NCBI GenBank assembly: GCA_016712535.1
Contig: JADJQW010000002.1
Location: 520,254-584,253 of the forward strand
Source: Flavobacteriales bacterium
GTDB taxonomy: Bacteria > Bacteroidota > Bacteroidia > Flavobacteriales_F > PHOS-HE28
Direction of reading: 5' to 3'
Length of the DNA stretch: 64,000 nucleotides
The notes beneath the pieces were generated by a model. It had not been told where the DNA came from. It searched no databases and saw only the letters and a program-made list of their open reading frames with translations. This document shows positions 30,207 through 38,587 of the stretch, piece by piece (position 1 is the first letter of the stretch; each line of letters starts with the position of its first letter). Both the position numbers and the translations under genes were made by a program.

Positions 30207-30889
30207 ACCGCAAGCCGCTCCTCTTCCTCGGCATCGCCCTCGCGCAGCTCGCCGTGCCTGCATGGATGATCACGGGTCGCGAGCGCGTGCTCACCCAAGG
30301 TGAGGTGTTCAAATTCAAAACGGCGCCCATCGACCCACGCGATCCGTTCCGGGGCGAGTACGTGCGGCTGGAGTTCGAGGCGGAGAGCGGTTCCTGGCAA
30401 GCGCCGGACACCACGGTCACCAATCCGCAGGGCTATGCTGCCTTCGATGAGCAAGAGGCGTATGGCGTGCTCAGTGTGGACAGCAGCGGATTCGCGCTCA
30501 TCAGCGCGCTGAGCGAGCATCCTCCGGCTGGGCAGACGTTCATCCGCGTGCTCTACAACTCGGCGAATGAGCAGCGCATTGACCGCGTGTTCCTGCCCTT
30601 CGACCGCTTCTACTTGGAGGAAGGCGACGGAGCGAAGACCGAGGAACTCTTGCAGCCTCAATGGAACGATGGCGAGGTGACGCAGCCGCTGCCGGCTTAC
30701 GCACTGGTGCGCGTGCTCAACGGCGAAGCCGTCATCGAGGACCTGATTGTGGATGAGCGTTCCATCCATCAATGGCTCGCAGACCCCTCCTTGGAACCGA
30801 GTGCCGCTGGGGTCAGCGCGCTTGCGGATTCTGTTGCCCTCCCGGCGGATTCCGCATCAGCGCTTGCTTCTCCCGCTCCAGCACCGTGA
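30203..30889 (+). CDS. GDYXXLXY-domain protein
   Basis: N-terminal TM anchor and the motif RGEYVRLEF (GDYxxLxY-like). Second member of the DUF2157 partner pair. Confidence 0.6.
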   Translation: MNRKPLLFLGIALAQLAVPAWMITGRERVLTQGEVFKFKTAPIDPRDPFRGEYVRLEFEAESGSWQAPDTTVTNPQGYAAFDEQEAYGVLSVDSSGFALISALSEHPPAGQTFIRVLYNSANEQRIDRVFLPFDRFYLEEGDGAKTEELLQPQWNDGEVTQPLPAYALVRVLNGEAVIEDLIVDERSIHQWLADPSLEPSAAGVSALADSVALPADSASALASPAPAP

Positions 30890-31640
30890 TTGATGCGCCC
30901 ACACTGGCCATCACCGGCGCGAGCATGAGTCCGATCAACGGGATCTTCATCAGCAGGCTGAAGCAGGCGCCGTTGGCCAGCACCGCGCCGAGCTGGCTGT
31001 TCACCGCGCGCGTGGTCTCGCCGATGCGCATGCGCCGCCGCTCGAACACGTAATCGAACATGCTGAAGCCATAGAAGTACGACGACACCACGAAGAGCAG
31101 GATGAAGCTGATGGGCGTGATCAAGGGCAGGAAGAACGAAGCGACCCAGATGGCCACGGTGAACGCCAGCTCGAGCACGCCGTTGCGCATGGCCACCAGC
31201 GCGCCGCGCAGGGCATCCTTCATCAACTGCCGCCAACTGAACGGGAACTGCCGGCCCGTGAGCTTCTCTTCTGCCAGCTCGCTCGCATAGGCCAGCAGCG
31301 GCGAGAGCAGCACCAGCACGATGTACTTGTTGGCCACGAAGAGCAGGTAGCCGATGGCCAGGCGGAGGATCCAGCGTACGATCACCTCGCGCGCGCCGTT
31401 CATCCAGGCTTTGAAAGCCTCCCACCAATCACCGGTGCTGGTCTGCGCCACAGGCAGCTCCAGCCACACGGCCAGTTGCGCGCTCGCTGCCTCCACCATG
31501 CCTTCCATGGCATGGAAGAACCCATAGAAGAGCGCCACCCAGAGCACGATCGGCACCAGGAACATCCAGCCCATGCCGTTGCGCAGGGTGAAGCGGAAGG
31601 CGCTGATGAAGCCGTTGAGGCCAAGGCCGAGGTCGCGCAT
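30813..31640 (-). CDS. EI24/CysZ-like multi-pass membrane protein
   Basis: About 275 aa with 4-6 hydrophobic helices. Resembles the EI24/CysZ family. Start at Met 31640. Its 3' end overlaps the 3' end of the GDYXXLXY gene by 77 bp. Confidence 0.5.
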   Translation of the reverse strand: MRDLGLGLNGFISAFRFTLRNGMGWMFLVPIVLWVALFYGFFHAMEGMVEAASAQLAVWLELPVAQTSTGDWWEAFKAWMNGAREVIVRWILRLAIGYLLFVANKYIVLVLLSPLLAYASELAEEKLTGRQFPFSWRQLMKDALRGALVAMRNGVLELAFTVAIWVASFFLPLITPISFILLFVVSSYFYGFSMFDYVFERRRMRIGETTRAVNSQLGAVLANGACFSLLMKIPLIGLMLAPVMASVGASITVLEREKQALMRNPPGGQQNPQAR

Positions 31641-31653
31641 GGGGCGAAGTAAT

Positions 31654-31773
31654 GGGTTGAAGAGGTTGAGCGGTTGAGAGTTGCGCCTGCGCGCAGGCTG
31701 GCGCCGGTTGAAGGTTGAACACCCCCCAACCTTCATCAACCCTCAACCTCTTCAACCATCAACCTCACAACCT
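31654..31773. repeat. Composite inverted-repeat element built from GGTTGAR heptads (left half) and YTCAACC heptads (right half) around a central palindrome GCCTGCGCGCAGGC
   Basis: 16-bp perfect arms GGTTGAAGAGGTTGAG (31655..31670) and CTCAACCTCTTCAACC (31742..31757). Inner imperfect arms GGTTGAAGGTTG / CAACCTTCATCAACC. At least 5 GGTTGA and at least 5 TCAACC copies. Located in the divergent intergenic region between the EI24-like and DUF5606 genes. Confidence 0.6.
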
Positions 31774-31784
31774 ACTTTCGCCCC

Positions 31785-32333
31785 ATGGATTTGAGCAAGA
31801 TCATCACCGTAGCGGGCAAGCCCGGATTGCACCGTGTCGTGGCGCAAGGCCGCCAAGCCATCATCACCGAATCGCTGGCCGATGGCAAGCGCGCGCCGGT
31901 GCCCTTGAGCGTGAAGGTGAGCAGCCTCGATGAGATCAGCATGTTCACCACCGGCGACGATGTGCTGCTGAAGGACGTGCTCGCGAAGCTGCACGAAGTG
32001 AACGGTGGAGGCGCCGCCGCTGATCCGAAGAGCGACGACAACACGCTCTGGGAAGCGCTCCTCAAGGCCCTGCCCACTGCCGACCGTTCGCGCATCTATG
32101 CCAGCGACGTGCGCAAGCTCTTCACCTGGTACGGCCAGTTATTGAAGGCCGGTGAGTTCGAGAAGAAGGAGGAGCCTGTGAAAGAGGCCGAGTCCAAAGA
32201 GGCTGCACCCGAGAAGAAGACCGTGGAGAAGGCCGTGAAGAAGAAGGCCGATGCCGCCGCGAAGGTGAAGCCGGCCAGCAGCGGCGCCCCCAAGGCAGCG
32301 GCCGTTCGCCGGGGTGGCCAGCGCGGCAGCTAG
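31785..32333 (+). CDS. DUF5606-family protein with Lys/Ala-rich basic tail
   Basis: MDLSKIITVAGKPGLHRVVAQGRQAIITESL matches the Bacteroidetes DUF5606 N-terminus. The C-terminal third is low-complexity KEAE/KKK. Confidence 0.55.
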   Translation: MDLSKIITVAGKPGLHRVVAQGRQAIITESLADGKRAPVPLSVKVSSLDEISMFTTGDDVLLKDVLAKLHEVNGGGAAADPKSDDNTLWEALLKALPTADRSRIYASDVRKLFTWYGQLLKAGEFEKKEEPVKEAESKEAAPEKKTVEKAVKKKADAAAKVKPASSGAPKAAAVRRGGQRGS

Positions 32334-32437
32334 GACGCAGCGAACCAAGCCCGGCCCGGAAGGGTTTCAAGGCAACCCATGAGGCGCGTCAGGAAGCGGG
32401 CTCCGCGCCCGGCTATCTTGCTCGCCCAACGCCACGC

Positions 32438-34429
32438 ATGAAACGCATCCGTACCCTCTCCGCTCGCACTTTCGCAATCGCTGTAATCGTAGGCCTCGTG
32501 TCCGTGCTGGTGGCTTGGAACCAGGACGGGCTTCCGGAAGCCAAGGCGTACCACTCGCAGGCCGAGATCGACGCTTTCCGAGGCGGCGGACAAGGGCTCT
32601 CCAGCGGCGCCAACAACTTCTTCCGCGCCAGCGGCGATTGCTACGGCTGCCACGGCCCGGACAACATCGGCCCGGTGTTCGCCAACCGCGACGCCAACGG
32701 GCACGATGTGAACCCCATCGATTCCTGGCGCAGCAGCATGATGGGCAACAGTGCCCGTGATCCCTTCTGGCGCGCCAAGGTGAGCCATGAGGTGAGCGTG
32801 AATCCGGGCCATCAGACGGCATTGGAGGACAAATGCACCAGCTGCCATGCACCCATGGGCCGCTACGACAAGCACCTCATGGGAGCGGGACCCTTCAGCA
32901 TCGCTGAGCTCGTGCAGGATCCCATCGCCCTCGATGGCGTGAGCTGCCTGGCCTGCCATATGCAGAAGCCGGATAGCTTAGGCCTGCTCTTCAGCGGCAA
33001 CCTGAAGTTCGAGACCAGCGGCATCCTCTATGGACCCTACGGAGGACCGGAGGAAGAGCCCATCTTCGGATCGCCCATGGCCGGCTTCGTGGGCTACGAG
33101 CCGCTTTGGGGGCCTCACCTAAGTGATGCAGGCACCTGCGCCGGCTGCCATACGCTCATCACTGAGACCGCCGACCTCGATGGCAATCTCACGGGCGATG
33201 AATTCGTGGAGCAGGCCACCTACCACGAGTGGCTCAACTCGTCCTACAACACCGATGCGGATCCCGAGAACGGCCTCAGCTGCCAGGCCTGCCACATGCC
33301 GCGCATCAGCGACGCCGTCGTGATCTCCGCCCTCTATGATTTCCTCACCCCGCGCACGCCTTTCGGTAAGCACCACCTTGTCGGCGCCAACGTGTTCATG
33401 CTGAACCTGCTCAAGCACAATAACACCGCGCTCGAGCTCACGGCCAACCAGGTGCATTTCGACAGCACCATCGCACGCACCGAACGCATGCTTCAGCAGC
33501 AGACCCTCCTGATCGAGACCTCGGTCATCGACCGCACCGCTGACCTCGCGTCCATCGATGTGAAGCTCACCAACCTCGCCGGCCACAAGTTCCCGAGCGG
33601 CTACCCCGCGCGCCGCGCCTTCATCGAGCTGCATGTGCAGGACGACGCGGGCAACACCCTCTTCCGCAGCGGCAATTGGGACGGCACCTATGAGGTCGTG
33701 GGTCACGATGCCGATTGGGAGCCTCACCACGATGTGATCACCAGCGAGGATCAGGCCCAGATTTATGAGATGGTCATGGGCGATGTGAATGGCGATAAGA
33801 CGACCGTCCTCGAGCGCGCGAAGGAGCCATTGAAGGACAACCGCCTCGCTCCGCTCGGATTCACCACCTCGCACATCAGCTACGACACCACGCTGATCGC
33901 CGGTGTCCCGCCCGAAGACCTTGACTTCAACCGCTTCACCAATGGCACCGAGGGCAGCGGCACCGACATCACGCATTACCAGATCGCCATGGGTGGCTAC
34001 TCCGGCGCGATCACCATCACCGCTCGCGTGTGGTACCAGAGCGCGCCGCCGCGCTGGATGGAGGAGATGTTCGAGTTCAACACGCCCGCCATCGACACCT
34101 TCCGGGACATGTACGAGGCCGAGGACGGCAGCCCGACGCTGGTGAAGGAGGAGGTGATCGTGGATACGAGCCTCGAGATCGACAACCTCGCCGAAGCAGG
34201 CATCCGCATCTTCCCCAATCCAGTGCGCGATGGACTGCTCCGCATCGAGGGCATCAGCGAGAAGGTGCGCAGCATCGAGGTGCTCGATATCAAGGGAGCG
34301 CGTCTGGCCCTGTTGCGCCGCAACCTCGAGCAAAGCTTCACCGTGCGGCTGCCCGACGCGCCCGGCACCTACCTGGTGGTGATCGAAGTGGCCGGCAAGC
34401 GCTTCGTGGAGCGCGTGGTGAGGCCCTAG
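32438..34429 (+). CDS. Pentaheme c-type cytochrome with a T9SS type-A C-terminal sorting domain
   Basis: Signal peptide. Five CxxCH motifs (CYGCH ~aa68, CTSCH ~133, CLACH ~170, CAGCH ~234, CQACH ~282), then a ~280-aa haem-free domain. C-terminus IRIFPNPVRDGLLRIEG...GTYLVVIEVAGKRFVERVV is a T9SS CTD. Confidence 0.75.
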   Translation: MKRIRTLSARTFAIAVIVGLVSVLVAWNQDGLPEAKAYHSQAEIDAFRGGGQGLSSGANNFFRASGDCYGCHGPDNIGPVFANRDANGHDVNPIDSWRSSMMGNSARDPFWRAKVSHEVSVNPGHQTALEDKCTSCHAPMGRYDKHLMGAGPFSIAELVQDPIALDGVSCLACHMQKPDSLGLLFSGNLKFETSGILYGPYGGPEEEPIFGSPMAGFVGYEPLWGPHLSDAGTCAGCHTLITETADLDGNLTGDEFVEQATYHEWLNSSYNTDADPENGLSCQACHMPRISDAVVISALYDFLTPRTPFGKHHLVGANVFMLNLLKHNNTALELTANQVHFDSTIARTERMLQQQTLLIETSVIDRTADLASIDVKLTNLAGHKFPSGYPARRAFIELHVQDDAGNTLFRSGNWDGTYEVVGHDADWEPHHDVITSEDQAQIYEMVMGDVNGDKTTVLERAKEPLKDNRLAPLGFTTSHISYDTTLIAGVPPEDLDFNRFTNGTEGSGTDITHYQIAMGGYSGAITITARVWYQSAPPRWMEEMFEFNTPAIDTFRDMYEAEDGSPTLVKEEVIVDTSLEIDNLAEAGIRIFPNPVRDGLLRIEGISEKVRSIEVLDIKGARLALLRRNLEQSFTVRLPDAPGTYLVVIEVAGKRFVERVVRP

Positions 34430-34447
34430 CGCTTCTACCTTGCCGCC

Positions 34448-35659
34448 ATGAAGACCAGAAGCCTGCTGCTCGTCGCAGCGTTCGCGCCATTGCTCGCGGG
34501 CGCCCAGCATCCCGTGATCCAAGGCATCCTCGATGAAGTGCGCATCGACAGCATGATGGGGTGGGTGAGCGAGGTCAGCGGCGAGGTGCCTGTGATGATT
34601 GATGGGCAGGAACACACCCTGCTGAGCCGGCACAAGAACAACGAAGGCAACAACCTCGCTCAGGCCTGGCTGATGCAGAAGCTCGTGCAGCTGGGCTATG
34701 CGCCCGTGGAGCAGCCCTTCAACAGCACGGGAAGGAACATCCTGGTGACCAAGCCCGGCAACGGGAGCACCGAGGAGATCGTGATCATCTGCGCGCACTA
34801 CGATGCCATGCCCGCTGGCATCGTGAATGCACCGGCGGCCGACGATGACGGCAGCGGCGTGGCTGCGGTCCTGGAGGCGGCGCGGGTGCTGCGCGACATC
34901 GACTTCGTGCATCCCATCGTGTTCGCGCTCTGGGACGAAGAGGAGCAAGGCAAGGTGGGCAGCGCATTCTATGCAGGCGCGATGGCCGCGAACGATGCGC
35001 TCATCAAGGCCGCGATCAACATGGACGCCATCGCCTACGACGGCAATGCCGATGCGAAGGCGCGCATCCACACGCGGCCCATCGCCAACTCGCTGGCCAT
35101 CGCCGATACGGTCTTCAGCGTGCATCAGCAATACGGCATCGGCCTCGACCTGATCCTCACCAACCCCGGCGCCACCTACAGCGACCACGCTTCGTTCTGG
35201 AACGAGGGCTACGGTTCCGTGCTCGTGATCGAAGAGTTCACCAACGACGGCAACCCGCATTACCACACGCCCACCGACCTCACGCAATACTTCGACGTGC
35301 CGTATTATGAGAAGCTCGCCAAGCTGAGCATCGCCAGCACGGCCGCGCTTGCGATCCCGGTCACGGTCGACATGAACGTGGTGGAGGTCAACGCCGCGCC
35401 CCTGACGCTCTACGCTTACCCGAACCCCGCTGGAGATGCCGCAGGGCTATGGATCGAAATGCCCGTTGCCAGCCGTGCGCGCCTTTCAATCCACGATGCG
35501 CTTGGCCGCGAGCTGGACCTGCTTCATGACGGCATGCTCCCGAGCGGGAAGTCAGCGTTCACGGTTGACCTGCAAGGGCTGCCGGCCGGCGGTTATGTGG
35601 CCCGCGCGGCGATCGAAGGCCGCGAGGTCAGGTCGGTGCGGCTGATGAAGCTGCCCTGA
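34448..35659 (+). CDS. M28-family aminopeptidase with a T9SS C-terminal sorting domain
   Basis: ICAHYDAMP...ADDDGSGVAAVLE...ALWDEEEQGKVGS...SDH. M28 Zn-ligand pattern. C-terminus LYAYPNPAGDAAGLWIEM...GGYVARAAIEGREV is a T9SS CTD. Starts 19 bp after the cytochrome gene. Confidence 0.75.
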   Translation: MKTRSLLLVAAFAPLLAGAQHPVIQGILDEVRIDSMMGWVSEVSGEVPVMIDGQEHTLLSRHKNNEGNNLAQAWLMQKLVQLGYAPVEQPFNSTGRNILVTKPGNGSTEEIVIICAHYDAMPAGIVNAPAADDDGSGVAAVLEAARVLRDIDFVHPIVFALWDEEEQGKVGSAFYAGAMAANDALIKAAINMDAIAYDGNADAKARIHTRPIANSLAIADTVFSVHQQYGIGLDLILTNPGATYSDHASFWNEGYGSVLVIEEFTNDGNPHYHTPTDLTQYFDVPYYEKLAKLSIASTAALAIPVTVDMNVVEVNAAPLTLYAYPNPAGDAAGLWIEMPVASRARLSIHDALGRELDLLHDGMLPSGKSAFTVDLQGLPAGGYVARAAIEGREVRSVRLMKLP

Positions 35660-36277
35660 TCAGTCCTTGGTGAAGGGCTTGGCCAACACCCGGCCATCGC
35701 GCTCGGTGATCAACAGGAAGTAATTCGAGGGCTTCAGCGCGCTCACATCGAGCGCGAGCACGCGACTCGCCACGATGCCCTGTTCCATCACCGCTTCGCC
35801 GCTGAGGTTGATCACGGTGATCGATCGCGCATCTACGCCACCCAAGTCAACGGTCAGCCAATCGGCGGCCGGTATCGGGCTCAGGCGCACGTCGGCGGTT
35901 TCCCCCACCTCGGCCACGCCCGTGGGGTCGATCACCGTGATGGTGCCGAACTGCGTGGCTGCATGCCCATTCCCATCGCATTCGTAGTTGTACACGCCCG
36001 GGATGGTGAAGGTGAAGGTGTACGTCCAATTCCCGCTTGCGGTGTTGCCGCTCGTGAAGCCTTGCGGATTGCTCGGGAAATCGCTCAAGGTGCCATTCAC
36101 GTTGTGCGTGCCGCTCTGGTTCTCCCAGCGCACCTGATCGCCCACGTCGATGGTGAGGAATTGCGGGCTGTAATAGGGGTCGGTGCTGCCGATGGTGCTG
36201 CCTCCGGATTGCACGATCCAGAGTGCGGCGGAAGCGGTGAAGGGGAGAAGCAGCAGGGATGAGGCGAGAAGACGCAT
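35660..36277 (-). CDS. Cupredoxin (plastocyanin/azurin-like type-1 copper) domain protein with a T9SS C-terminal sorting domain
   Basis: Signal peptide MRLLASSLLLLPFTASA. Candidate Cu ligands H (GTHNVNG) ... C-(x4)-H-(x3)-Q (YECDGNGHAATQ), i.e. azurin-like spacing with Gln at the axial position. C-terminus VINLSGEAV...NYFLLITERDGRV is a T9SS CTD. Confidence 0.65.
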   Translation of the reverse strand: MRLLASSLLLLPFTASAALWIVQSGGSTIGSTDPYYSPQFLTIDVGDQVRWENQSGTHNVNGTLSDFPSNPQGFTSGNTASGNWTYTFTFTIPGVYNYECDGNGHAATQFGTITVIDPTGVAEVGETADVRLSPIPAADWLTVDLGGVDARSITVINLSGEAVMEQGIVASRVLALDVSALKPSNYFLLITERDGRVLAKPFTKD

Positions 36278-36358
36278 GCGGTTCTTGAGTTTGGCGCGAA
36301 AGATACCCGGGGTACTAACCGGGCCCGATCTTCCTGCGCACCATGCTTGGCATCGCAC

Positions 36359-38545
36359 TCACCGGACGTCCGGCCGCACGTGTTCGTCGATGTAGCCCAG
36401 CACCTTCTCCATCAGGTGCAGGCGGTCCTTGCCGCGCACGTTATGGCCATGGCCCGGGTAGTTGAAGAATTCCACCTGCACGCCAGCGGCCACGCAGGCC
36501 TTCAGGAACTGGTAGCTGTGCTCGGGCACCACGGTATCGTCCTTGCCGCCAGTGATGATCAGCAAGGGGTCCTTCAGGTCCTTAGCGAAGTTGCTCAGGG
36601 TGGTTGCGGCATAGCCTTCAGGGTTCTCCTGTGGCGTGTCCATGTAGCGCTCGCCGTACATCACTTCATACAGGCTCCAATCGATCACCGGCCCACCGGC
36701 TGCGCCCGCTCTGAATGCGCCGGGATGCCGCGTGAGCATGGCGGTGGTCATGTGCCCGCCGTAGCTCCATCCGTGGACGGCTAAGCGGTCGCCATCGACC
36801 CAAGGCTGTTCCTTCAGCCAGGCCACGCCGCGCATCTGGTCCTTCACCTCCACCACCCCGAGCTGGCGGTGCACCACTTGCTCGAAGTCACGGCCGCGGT
36901 TCGGTGTTCCATGCCCATCCACGGTGAAGACCACATAACCGCGCTCGGCCGCGTGAAGCATCCATGCGGACGCGCCGCCGAGGAAGGAGTTGCTCACCAA
37001 CTGCACATGCGGTCCGTTATAGACGTAGACCAGCACCGGGTAGCGCTGCCGCGATTGGAAGGTGCTCGGCTTGATCACGCGCGCGTTGAGCCTGTCTCCG
37101 TTCTCGCCTTCGATGCTGAGCAGTTCGATGCTGCCCACCTGATGCCCCGCGAACGGGTCCTTCGCGTCAACCAGGGTCTTCATCGCCGAGCCATCGCGCG
37201 TGTTGCGGATCATGCTGCGGTTGGGCACCGTGAGGCTGCTCCACGTGTCGAGGAGGTATTTGCCATCGCTGCTGAGCTGGCCGTGGTGCGAGCCAGGCTC
37301 GCTCGTGAGCCGCGTGGTGCGCCCGTTGGCGAGGTCGATGCGGTAGAGGTGCGTCTCCAGTGCACCGGCGGGATTCTTCGGGTCGATGTTGCCCGTGCCC
37401 TCGACGATCGCGAATGACTCCTTGGGGTCGAGGCCCACGATGCGCTCCACTTCCCACGCGCCTTGGGTGAGCTGGCGCACGAGCCCTTTCTTCACATCGT
37501 AGAGGTAGAGGTGCTGCCAGCCATCGCGACGGCTGCGCCAGATGAACTGCGTGGGCCGTGTCTTCAGGTGGCGCGCAGCCTGAAGCGGCTCGATGTACTT
37601 CTCGTCGCGCTCGGTGAACACAGTGCCTTCGGCTTCGCCGGTGGCGGCATCGTAGCGCACCATGCGCAGGTTCTGCGTGGCGCGGTCGATGTGGGCCACG
37701 AGCAAGTGCTGCTCGTCGGGCTCCCAACTGATGTTGGTGAGGTACTGGTCCAGCGGCTCGCCCGTCTTCAGGAACACGGTGCTGCCTGTGTTCATGTCGT
37801 GCACACCGATGGTGACGTGGTGGCTGGCCTGCCCCGCCATAGGGTAGCGGATGGGCTCGAAGGTGCTGGGCTTGGTGCCGATGTCCTCGAGCATGTAGGT
37901 GCTCACCATGGATTCATCCATGCGGTAGAAGGCGAGCTTGCCGCCCTTCGGCGCCCAGAAGAGGCCTTTCTCCACGCCGTATTCCTGCCGGTGCACGCTC
38001 TGTCCGTTCACGATGCCGTTGCCGCCATCGCTCGTGATCGGCGTGGGCTTGTTCTTGCCCTCGCCGGCGCGCATCACCAGGATGTTATCGTCCTTCACGA
38101 AGGCCACGGCTCCCGTGCTGGGCTCGATCTCCTCATGACCGGAACCGGCCTCGATCCTCGTCACGGCCTGCAATTCGGCTTTCGCGAGGTCGTAGGCGTA
38201 GAAGCGCTGGTTATGCACGAAGGTGAAGCGGTTCGCATTGCTCCAGGTGATCGGCAACCACGCTTTCAGTTTGGCGCTATCCGGAAGCTGCGCATTGATC
38301 GCGCTCAGTTCCACCAGCACGCGGTCCATGCTCTTGCCGATGTCGCCGCGCATGAGCTGCTCGCCCTTCACGTAACTGTAGCGTTGCGCGCCTTCGATCC
38401 ATTGCAGGCCGCGCAGGCGCTCCGGCGCGAGTTCGGTGCCGGCCTTCAGAACGGCATCTTTCAAGGTGAGCGGTTGCAGCTGCGCGGAAAGCAGCAGGGC
38501 TGTGCCAACGAATGAGGGCGCCAGGAGCGCGCGGAGTGCGAGCAT
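36359..38545 (-). CDS. S9-family serine peptidase (dipeptidyl-peptidase IV-like: beta-propeller plus alpha/beta-hydrolase)
   Basis: 728 aa. N-terminal propeller region. Catalytic GWSYGG nucleophile elbow, then downstream D and H (…GKDDTVV…GHGH). Confidence 0.8.
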   Translation of the reverse strand: MLALRALLAPSFVGTALLLSAQLQPLTLKDAVLKAGTELAPERLRGLQWIEGAQRYSYVKGEQLMRGDIGKSMDRVLVELSAINAQLPDSAKLKAWLPITWSNANRFTFVHNQRFYAYDLAKAELQAVTRIEAGSGHEEIEPSTGAVAFVKDDNILVMRAGEGKNKPTPITSDGGNGIVNGQSVHRQEYGVEKGLFWAPKGGKLAFYRMDESMVSTYMLEDIGTKPSTFEPIRYPMAGQASHHVTIGVHDMNTGSTVFLKTGEPLDQYLTNISWEPDEQHLLVAHIDRATQNLRMVRYDAATGEAEGTVFTERDEKYIEPLQAARHLKTRPTQFIWRSRRDGWQHLYLYDVKKGLVRQLTQGAWEVERIVGLDPKESFAIVEGTGNIDPKNPAGALETHLYRIDLANGRTTRLTSEPGSHHGQLSSDGKYLLDTWSSLTVPNRSMIRNTRDGSAMKTLVDAKDPFAGHQVGSIELLSIEGENGDRLNARVIKPSTFQSRQRYPVLVYVYNGPHVQLVSNSFLGGASAWMLHAAERGYVVFTVDGHGTPNRGRDFEQVVHRQLGVVEVKDQMRGVAWLKEQPWVDGDRLAVHGWSYGGHMTTAMLTRHPGAFRAGAAGGPVIDWSLYEVMYGERYMDTPQENPEGYAATTLSNFAKDLKDPLLIITGGKDDTVVPEHSYQFLKACVAAGVQVEFFNYPGHGHNVRGKDRLHLMEKVLGYIDEHVRPDVR

Positions 38546-38587
38546 GAGATTCGGGTTGCGGTGGGCGAAGATGCCGAAAGCGCTTGA

